A stretch of DNA of 64,000 bases from Eledone cirrhosa (taxonomy: Eukaryota). The DNA lies in NCBI GenBank assembly GCA_964016885.1, contig OZ024742.1:47988001-48052000 (forward strand), read 5' to 3'. Under the pieces are notes generated by a model, which ran no database searches, had not been told where the DNA came from, and worked only from the letters and a program-made list of their open reading frames with translations. The stretch's first letter is position 1; every line of letters starts with the position of its first letter. Position numbers and translations under genes: made by a program. Below are positions 51,761-64,000 of this stretch, piece after piece.

Positions 51761-52590
51761 TCCTTGAATCTCAGTCATTGATGTTGGTTAACTGGAAAGT
51801 CCGTTGGAATGAATATCAAGCCACTACCTGCAGCCACAGATATTCAGGACGTATCGGAGGGTTCTTGCTGTTCCAGGCAAGCATGCCTTTTGAAGCGTTC
51901 CAAAAAGCGTAAAGGGGCCGATTTTCTTTAACCATCCCTGGAAACTTTTGGAGATAGTCCCCAGTGCGCCTATGACAATCGGGATCACTTTGACTTCATG
52001 GCAGTTCCAAATCCTTTTCACCTCCCACTTTAGGTCCTGGTATCGGTTAATTTTCTCCCTCTCCTTCTCTTGCACTCTTGTGTCGAATGGGCAGGCCACA
52101 TCCACAATCAGACACGATCTTTTTTCTTTGTCCACAACCACCAGGTCAGGTCTATTGTGTTCCAGTTACTTGTCCGTCTGTATTCTAAAATCCCACAGCA
52201 CCTTCACCTGATCATTCTCCATCACCGCCTCTGGCCTATGCTCATACTATTTCTCAGAATGTGCTAAATTGTTTACTTTGCACAGGTGCCAGTGGATCAC
52301 CCTGCCCATCACATCATGTCTCCAGCCCTTATAGTGGGTCTGGGCTAGGTGTTTACACTAGGATACAATGTGAGCCACAGTCTCCTCTCTCTCTCCACAG
52401 ATCCTGCACAGTGGGCTAGCCTCCTCCTTGTAAATATGGTGCTTCAACCACTTCGTTTTGAGGGCCTGCTCCTGCGCAGCCATTACCATTCCTTCTGTAG
52501 CCTTTTTGAGGTATCCTCTTCTCAACCAGTTCCATGTCTGTGGATCTCTAAATTCAGTTTTCTCAAAGAAGGTACTATGAAGGGATTTTT
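51761..52590 (-). mobile_element. 5'-truncated R4/Dong copy inside (TAA)n
   Basis: Highly similar to 47047-47876, with (TTA)n on both sides (51734-51760 and 52589-52626). Confidence 0.92.
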
Positions 52591-53077
52591 ATTATTATTA
52601 TTATTATTATTGTTATTATTATTATTTTAATATATATATATATATATATATATTGTTGTATGTATGTATATATATATTCCTACGTCTATGTGTGCGCCTG
52701 TGTATGCGCTACAGCATGCGTATGATATGTTTAATACTGAGTGGCATTTTCGGTAAAATTGGAATTGAATCTGAATTTAGAGGTCACAAACCGAAGCCGC
52801 TAATATTCTCAACTTGAATTCGTATAGTTTTTGTTTTAGTATATATTTTAATGCAGTAAGATGCCACCTGAATAAAAAAAAAATTGTTTTTATATGGATG
52901 AAACAATATTGTATTAATATATTGAAGTCACCGACTTTAGCTATCAGGAAATATTCGAATATTTTAAGCTTCGGACCTTATCAAAAGTGAGTTAGATGCA
53001 AATATTGAAATCGATTTATAGTAATATGAACGTATCACTATATGGAACACTTACTTTTTATTCTAAAATCCTTTCTC

Positions 53078-53179
<102 letters not shown>

Positions 53180-53612
53180 TTATATCTCCATACTTAATTT
53201 ATTTGGCAATCAATGTTTATTATTGACTGACCAACGTGAACATTACAATTCAATACAATAGGAGGGGACATGCTGATAGTACCAGTTGCAGATATGCAAC
53301 GAAAGAACTTTGTTAGACTATATATATATGTATTTATATCTGTATTATTGACCGTTTGTCAGTCAGTGATAAACATCGATTGCCAAATAAATGGAATATG
53401 GAGATATAAAAGATGCAGAAGCGAAAACCAACCAAATAGTGAAAGTGTTCTGTTACATAATATTTATGGCAATATTATTACAACAATATGATCCTCCCCA
53501 AGTATAACAATATATATATGTATATATATATATAAATATAGGAAAGTAAAAAAAACAAAAATCAACACCACAGGTATTTGGTTCACGCTTAGTGAGAGCG
53601 AGGTGTGCGGGT

Positions 53613-53648
53613 GCGACGTTTCAAGCATAAGCCCTTCATCAGGAGAGT
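53613..53648 (-). other. Hammerhead-like motif (pLTR remnant)
   Basis: Reads CTGATGA AGGGCTTATGCTT GAAACGTC. Homologous to 1686-1718, including the downstream GCGTGAA. Stem I is unsupported. Confidence 0.4.
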
Positions 53649-54192
53649 GGTGGGAAGTAGGAGAAGGAGAAACTCCGAGAGGCAGTGAGAGGAGCGTTAG
53701 TGGAATAATAAATATATATATGTGTGTATGTGTGTGCGTGTGTGCGTGCGTGTGTGTGTGTGTGTGTGTGTACGCGTGCGACATGCCTATGTGTGTGGGA
53801 GTGTGTATGCATGTCTATTTTGTGTGTGGTTTTGTACAAAGTTATATATATGTATTTGGTTTGTAAGTTTCCTCACGTGAAATAGTATGTTGAAATATTT
53901 TGTTATGATTGGGGATAGGCATTTTGCTAATTTCGCCAATAAAAATCTACTCAAAATTGACATTCTCTTTAGCTTTACTCTTATTAGTTGTCGGTTATTT
54001 TTAAAATGTATTTCGGCAAACATTATGTGTCCTACTCATTGACTATTTGTTCTTCTTGTCTGTGTCTTCTCCTTTATCTGTTTTTTTAGGAAGAAGAGGT
54101 GGCTCAGAAAAATTACCAGTAACAAATATTAATAAGGCTGAAAGAAACTGAAATAGTGCGTCTGCTTTCATTGGCAAAATGACCATCTCCAA

Positions 54193-54241
<49 letters not shown>

Positions 54242-55570
54242 ATATAATAGGCACATATCGAAGTTATAACCGTAGTATAACAATCTGATTGTTTGAGGTA
54301 GTCACAATGCAATGAAAGGTTCGAACAGTTTATACATTTTCCTCCAGAGTAGACACAAAGTTAAGAAAGTGCGACACCAAGAAAACCGACCAAATGCATG
54401 TGACCATACTTACACTAAAATAACGATAAATTCTAACAGGTCGCTGACTAAACTCGACCGATAGACATCGATAACAATCCTCGATAGGTTTTAACCCCAG
54501 GAAGATGTAAACACGATTTGCATAATGTATATGCAAGTTTTATATGCATTTTCACGATGGCACCTAGGATTCCTTCATCGACAGGCTTTGTTCCGTATCA
54601 TCCAACGTGGTTCAGCCTAGAGGAAAGTCATGTTGGACGAACTGTTGGCGAGTAAATTCAGGGTGTGAAAAGACACATTTTCACAGCCTCAAATAAATGC
54701 TCTCAACTAGCCTTGTTGCGGTATAAGTATGGCCACATGCATTTGGCCGATTTTCTTTGTGTTACAATTTCTAAACTTTATATATATATATATATACATG
54801 TATATACAAGTCACACCATCGTCTACCTGTTTAGTTACCCTCAGTAATAAAATATGTTGTATAGATGTGAGGTTATATGCAGAACTAGATATTTGTCTGT
54901 GTATAGAGAATATATATATATATATGTCAAAGGGCAAAAGGGCAAAGGAGCTCTTAAGAGTCAATGGCCATCCAAAATCACCGGGAGAGATGACCCCTTA
55001 GCCTTTGTCAAGGCATAATTCTAGGAGAAGGAAAACTCTGATATCACACCTGCAACTCTGATGGTATCCAATGATGTTGACATTTTCTTCTTTTTGGTAA
55101 ATATCATCTTGGTTAAGAGACTGGGACTGGCTTTGTGCAGGGCCTTTGCTCACTATAACAGCTTCACGGCACAGGCATTGCTTTATATCTGGAGATCTCT
55201 TTGTACTTGTCGTCACATGGTACCCTGGGCCCAGCACTATGTGTCAATAATTGTCCCAAGTGTAGTGTTTGTACCAGAGTTTTCAAATCGCTGGCTGGAC
55301 TAAAAACTCACACTCGTTCAGCGCATCGGTAGGGGTTCTCCTACATGGATATAAAGTAGTGGCCGTACTCGAAAACGAGTGGGCAGCCACTATATATATA
55401 TATAAAGGATAACAAAATATCGTTATAGGTAATCCAGTTAGAGGTTGTGAATTCTTATTATTATGGATAGTTTTAGCGTACGGCGTTGTTTGACTCAACA
55501 AGAGGTTTACGTAGATGACGACTTTATGATTTCATTTGTATTCCTATATAAGTTTATCATGGAGTAATGA

Positions 55571-56339
55571 AATTGAAAAAGTGGAGAAAAACATGGTCAA
55601 CAGTACAAAAAAGAGGATTTATTTACAGTTTAACAATTGTTTCACTGTTAAAGATGTCTAAAATTTCCTTAACAGTAGAAGCAGTGCCACTCAATTTTAA
55701 ATACGATTTTAGCTCGATTAGATCTTCAGAAACTGTTATTGAAAATATATGTAACCGGCAAATTTACAAATTCAAATTATATCATCAATAATAATATTAA
55801 TAATAAAGAAATAGAGAGAAAAGAAGGAAGAAACGGAGATAGATACATATATTAACGTTTATTCGTTTATTTTTCCCTCTATTCTTCTTTCTATCCTGTG
55901 TTATTTTTAGTTATGCTTGTCTCTTCTCTGTCTATCATCATTCTCTATATATTTTCTCTTTATATGTTTTTTCTCTGTAATAATTTCTCCTTTTTCTTCT
56001 TTTTTCTCTTTCTCTTTTTCTTTTTCCTTCTTCTTTTTTCTTTTTTCCTTTCCTTTCTTTATTGTATCTATCTCCCTTTCTTCCTTCTTTTCTCTCTATA
56101 TCTTTATTATTAATATTATTATTGATGATGTAATTTGAATTTGTAAATTTGCCGATTACATATATATTCAATAACATTTTCTGAAGATATGATCGAGCAA
56201 ACATCGTATATAAAATTGAGTGGCACTGCTTCTAGTGTTAAGGAATGTTTAGACATCTTTATCAGTGAAACAATCGTTAGACTTTAAATAAATCCCCTTT
56301 TTTGTAATGTTGACCAAGTTATTCTCCACTTTTTCAATT
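55571..56339. repeat. Long diverged inverted repeat (~277-bp arms), probably PLE-derived
   Basis: 55571-55847 is inverted at 56063-56339. The arms contain CTGAAGA and the right arm ends at (TA)n. Confidence 0.8.
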
Positions 56340-56417
56340 ATATATATATATGAGTGACATCGGACAGTATGTAAACAGAGTGGATAAATTCGATATTGGC
56401 AATATATATATATATAT

Positions 56418-56807
<390 letters not shown>

Positions 56808-57850
56808 AACACCCACAGACACGCACACACACACACTCTCTCTCACACACACACACACATATATATATGGAAATGAATGAAACCAAATTTCATTTCTCAC
56901 TCTTCGTACGGCTGATACTTATATGTAAGTATGTATGTATACGTACATACATATAAGTATACAGACGTACAGTAGTATGTATATATATACATACATGCAG
57001 ACATATATATATGTACGTATGGATTCACCGGACATTTATTATAATGTTCGGTTTGTTTGTAAACAAACAAACAACCCGAATTACGCCGTACAGTGTTCAG
57101 GGAGCCATCCTCGCCTTTTTGTTCAACACTGACACAGGAACGATGTACTAGTTTGAAGCTTATTAGCTATCGTCAGCATCGTATACATTCCTGCCAGATG
57201 ATTGAACGTCTGAAAGTATATACTTTCCTTATGCATATTAACGGCTGAGCAGCCTAATTAGCATATCGCGTGAGTTATATATATACTTATGGTTAACATG
57301 CCAGAAATATGAATATCTTCCATGCAAACTGATACAATGTTAAGTAGGCTTAACCGGTTTTTGGACGTACTTAGGTTTCCATTAGAATGTATGTATATGA
57401 TATATACAACCACAAGGAAACACGTATATGATGAGCTTAATTATCCAATTGCTCATAATATTATTCTGAAGTTGTCGCTCCTATTTGCATATAAGTTAAG
57501 GTCATGCTGATAGTATATTATGAAGTATATCAACATTTTTCATCAAGGAGCGCAAATGTATATCTATGTATAAACAATGGGTGAATGAGACGGCGCCAAT
57601 GTATACATATTTACACATTTTAAATATATAGACATGTAAGGCTTTCCATGTAAAAAGATAAAATGTTAAATGCCTTAATCAATTTTTGGATCTATTTGTT
57701 TCTACATCAGAAAGGAGACACGTATCTGATTGGCCTATGTACCTATGCTCTCATAGCAGTATTCTGAATTGGACATACTTAAATAACACCCCTGCTGGTA
57801 GCTAAGATATGTATTTACACTGCACCAATCAGCCAGTATGAAGGATAAAG

Positions 57851-57912
<62 letters not shown>

Positions 57913-57916
<4 letters not shown>

Positions 57917-59465
57917 TTAAGGGTACTATTTATGGTTATGTATGCAATAAAACCTTTGATGGTAATATATTTTATATACACAAACCCTAAATAGTGAGAG
58001 ATAGTCTTTAATTACTTATTCTGCATTGCACAAATATAAGCTTAGTATAAACTGGGGACACGGTACTGGTTGTGATAGCATAGTCCTGTGCATGGATTAC
58101 CACCAAGAGCTAGATTGATGATTAGATAGATAATCGTATTATTAAGTGAGTATATACTGTAAGCGATCAGTTCATTGAATTATGCACGTAATTATCTTGA
58201 TGTGGACTCCTTTAATACCTATTAATAGACTCCACTCTAGCTTGGAGATGTGATACATAATTGATTTATATTTGAGACGGGGGTTGTCTATTACCTGATG
58301 GCCAGACTAGTGCGTTTATATGAGAGATCGGATCTCCGGACCATACCGAAGATTTACTGGGGATGCAGGCAAGCAATGACCCGGAGCCTACCAGGTGGCA
58401 TATATAATAGTGGGACCATACCAGGTCCTACTGTTGTATTACATTCGCATGGAGCAGTGACTTGAGAGTCCGACTCCTCTTATAGAACGTTCAGATATGA
58501 CACCCCTTAATTATTGGTTGGCAATCATCCTAGTATATACACCCTTGTACTTCTTAATGAACAACTCTCTAACTTATAAATGGGTACCATACTCTAGATA
58601 TTAGTTATAACTTCACATGATAGGCACGTATTTGAATCACCATTAATGTAGTTTAGCATAGTAATGTAACTAAAATAACTAGATAGTTACCTCCCCTTAC
58701 GCAATAATTCCCCTTAATCATTCACGCACTTCCGGAATTTGGACAGCATGATATATTAATTAAGAACCGACTGGATACCGTTTATAGCTTGACTATATGC
58801 TGAACCACTGCGAATTATACGATAGACGCGTGTTCTCTATATATATATTGCGTCTCATGGATTATGTGAGTGGTGGTGTGAGCAAGGACAGTGGTACGAC
58901 CTTGCCTACGATACAATAAGGTTTATAGTATGTTGTAGGTTTTTGATATTTTGGTGTTTCCCCGCATCCGAGACTGTATATCATACAGATGTATGAGAAT
59001 AAATGACTTAATAATTCAGCCTATATAATAAGATCGATTGCCTGCTTCAACTGCCTGACCCTGCAAATATCATTCTGACGCACTCTAATCATGTATAGAT
59101 AAGACAAGCGTGCATGCTACACGGGAGATTGCTTCAGGCACTGACTACTCTAACCTTTCCTCTTGCTTTATCTTCATAGACTGCCAGCGCTTCATGTTTA
59201 TCTTTATTTTCACTCTTATTTTCACTCTTGCTTTTATTTTATTTTATTTTTATCATGTAACACTTTATATGTAAATTGCCATGCTATTTCATTTGATGAA
59301 TGTCACCCCACTGTTGATCAATATGCGCATATGTTTTATGTGTCTCTTGGGTTGAAAAGGAGGTCAAGTATGTTATAAATAGCTGCTCCGAAGAATCCAA
59401 ACCTCGGTTTGGAGGAAACAATTGTAAGCAAATAAATGACTTAAACTGAACTTTGATTACTGTAA

Positions 59466-59468
<3 letters not shown>
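57913..59468 (+). mobile_element. ~1.55-kb non-coding element between (TA)n tracts with a 3' hammerhead
   Basis: Both ends are shared with 2403-2698. No long ORF. Hammerhead at 59384-59430. Confidence 0.6.
59384..59430 (+). ncRNA. Type I minimal hammerhead with one core substitution (U4 to C)
   Basis: Reads TGCT CCGAAGA ATCCAAACC TC GGTTTGGAG GAAA CAATTG TA AGCA. Confidence 0.7.
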
Positions 59469-59518
<50 letters not shown>

Positions 59519-59527
<9 letters not shown>

Positions 59528-59904
59528 TAAACGGAAAAGAAAATGCTGACAAATTGTTCACAGTGAAAAATAGTTTAATTAGGAATAAGTGAGAATTAGT
59601 AATATTATTGGTTAGTATTCAGTTTTGGTTTAAAGTTTTACCGGTTACGCATTTCTAATGCTTTTCAAAAATAATTTTGAGATAGAGCGCCGGTGATGTT
59701 TTCTCTAATCCAGATTAGAGCAAACATCACGGGCGCTTTATCTCAAAATTATTTTTGAAAAGCATTAGAAATGCGTAACCGGTAAAACTTTAAACCAAAA
59801 CTGAATACTAACCAATAATATTACTAATTCTCACTTATTCCTAATTAAACTATTTTTCACTGTGAACAATTTGTCAGCATTTTTTTTTCCGTTTACCAAT
59901 ATAT
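59519..59904. repeat. Near-perfect palindrome with ~192-bp arms and a 2-nt centre
   Basis: Centre CTCTAATC-CA-GATTAGAG at 59703-59720. No indels and only a handful of mismatches. Each arm carries TTGAAAA GCATT AGA AATGC GTAA CCGG TA. Confidence 0.92.
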
Positions 59905-59933
59905 CATAACTCGTGTGTTACACCTCTATTCTT

Positions 59934-59983
<50 letters not shown>

Positions 59984-60316
59984 ATGTGTGTCAGTGTGTG
60001 TGTGTGTGTGAGTGTATGTGTGTGCGCGCGCGAGTGTATGTATTTAATTATTTATTCATGATATACGTTTCTATTGCTATGTGTTAAATGCAAAGCTTAA
60101 ATCGTATAAATATGACTTGAATTCCTGACAGACTTACTTGTAGTGTTAATTTACGCTTCTATATATATAGGTTCTCTTATTTTCCTCGTCCACTAAAGAT
60201 ATTGGGGCACCATTAATATCCTTCACTAGAAGCTATTGACTATTTTATGTTTCTTTCAAACTTTTCAAATTGTAATGTGGGTATGATTTTAGTCCGCTTT
60301 ATTTATTAGAGTATAG

Positions 60317-60468
60317 GGCGGTGGATTGGCAGTATCGGTAGAGGGTCGGACGCCATGCTTTCCAGCATAGTTACTTCCCTTTACGATCTGAGTTCAAATC
60401 CCCCCGAGGTTGACTTTGCCTTACATCCTCATGAGGTCGATAAAATAAAGTACCAGTAATGCACTGGG
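60317..60468 (+). mobile_element. tRNA-derived SINE
   Basis: A-box-like TGGCAGTATCGG and B-box-like GAGTTCAAATCC, followed by GACTTTGCCTTACATCCT..GGTCGATAAAATAAAGTACCAGT. Confidence 0.7.
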
Positions 60469-60955
60469 ATAATTGCTGGCCTGGTGCCAACAGTAGAAAC
60501 AATTATTTATTAGAGCCCAGTATGAGTAAAATGTGTTTCCACGTACTCTTTAACATTTGGTGGAGTTGTAGGGGCAACATATTGATATACAGCGGGATTT
60601 GGGTATTTAAATCTAGTAGATTGCATCACTCAACAGGTTTGAGCAGAGCCGATCTTTTCGAGAGTGAGAGAAAGTGTGTATGATGCATTAATTTAGTGGA
60701 GTGTGTTATCCCATAGGAAAAGATGTTTGTATAGCAATTAATTTGGAATGGAGGTAACTACAGGATCTCTATATATGCTAGAAATTGGTGTCCATTATTG
60801 TCCTTAAAAAATCATGTTGAAGTTGACGAAAGAGAAGATTATCTTTGTGTTATTGTAGAGTTCATCATCATCTTTATTTGGAAAGGCAGTAATAACATCT
60901 ATACAAGCAACAAAGAGAAATGTCTATAGCGTTCAGGAGTCATGCTTTTTATAAA

Positions 60956-61178
60956 TCGACAGTTGATCGACTTTTGTCAAATCGGACCGAGGAAACAATA
61001 TTTCCAATGGTCTTTCCAATTACTAATACTATCTATCGGTCGCCACTCCAGGTAGGAGGAGCATTGTGAAATAAAGTGTCTTGCCGAAGGAGAAAACGCA
61101 TCACCCGGTCCGGGAATCGAACACACAGCCTCACGATTGCGTATCCAATTCTCTACCCATCCAGCGACGCACTTTCAC
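60956..61178 (-). mobile_element. tRNA-derived SINE (same family as 56418-56704)
   Basis: Collinear with 56488-56704. B-box GGTTCGA-like GTGTTCGATTCCC on the minus strand. Confidence 0.75.
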
Positions 61179-61935
61179 TTGTTTTAAACGTGATATCATA
61201 AACGAATGCAGAATGAATAATAGAAATACTATTTGTTATATCGACTTAAATATGGAGCTGTGAGAATGTAGGAAATCTACTTAATTATGTAATTAAAGCA
61301 TCCATATTTCTCTCCACTTTGATTACATGAAATATATAGCCAAGTAAGATTGATCTGTTGCTGGAAAGAGTTCAGAATTTTAAAAGATACTTTATACAAA
61401 GCATAAAACTAAAAACAAACAAAATGTATTCATGAAAAGAGCTCCAATTTTCCGTGTAATGTGAGAATGCTTACTTAAATAACATGGCTATATACATGCC
61501 CTAAATCTATATGATTATAAATCCTAATAAGCTTAATCATTTGTTATACTAGTAATTCCTTATTATTTTATAACTGTAGAAACAATATTTTATTACCAGT
61601 AACAATGACTTGTTGTTGGTTCACTCAATAGACTAAACTCGTATAGTAATGCTATTAATTCTGTCATGTTCGCAAGTGAGAGATGAAATGGATAATACAT
61701 GCGATACAAAGACAAAACGTACAACCAAACAATTTACAGTTCCGATTACCTAATGATTCTTTAGTGACAATAGATGCCATTCCAGGGAACTGACTTCATC
61801 TAGTCTATAATATTCAACCAATAGTTATTTGTTTCAAATCTGGTAATCTAGTATATAGATATTTATATAGATAAATATGTATTCTAGAGGACGTAAACAG
61901 GAAGAAACACAAACGTAAGTTTAGACAAGGATATA

Positions 61936-62592
<657 letters not shown>

Positions 62593-62671
62593 CGTTCTGG
62601 CTCCTTAATCTATTAACCTGCCAAAGAACGACATTGGCATACGGTTGGATAATACATGTGTTCCTATATGC

Positions 62672-64000
<1,329 letters not shown>

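Noticed and set aside
54940-55530. YVDD-like peptide and possible RT remnants
   Set aside because: The candidate motifs fall on opposite strands and are too short to support a call.
60317-60405. Possible tRNA gene
   Set aside because: A and B boxes are present but there is no cloverleaf, and it continues into a SINE body.

Overview
This is AT-rich, microsatellite-dense eukaryotic DNA made almost entirely of transposable elements; the SINE types and repeat style suggest an octopus-like cephalopod (inference). No host gene could be supported. The main feature is a co-oriented array of four Tx1/L1-clade non-LTR retrotransposons (about 9.2-35.9 kb), each bordered by (TATC)n, and copy 3 has open ORF1 and ORF2. 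All four diverged copies carry a canonical splice donor at the ORF1 end and an acceptor-like Yn..TAG|GT exactly at the ORF2 stop, so the whole of ORF2 looks like an optional intron. They also share a predicted ~60-nt 5'UTR intron, and three share a covarying 5'UTR hairpin. The tail of copy 2 is split by a Chapaev3-like DNA transposon that itself contains a non-autonomous Helitron. The window also holds two R4/Dong-clade elements ending in (TAA)n, RTE fragments, tRNA-SINEs and a Tc1/mariner MITE. Many Penelope-like remnants with minimal type I hammerhead motifs and long fold-back repeats sit next to (TA)n tracts.
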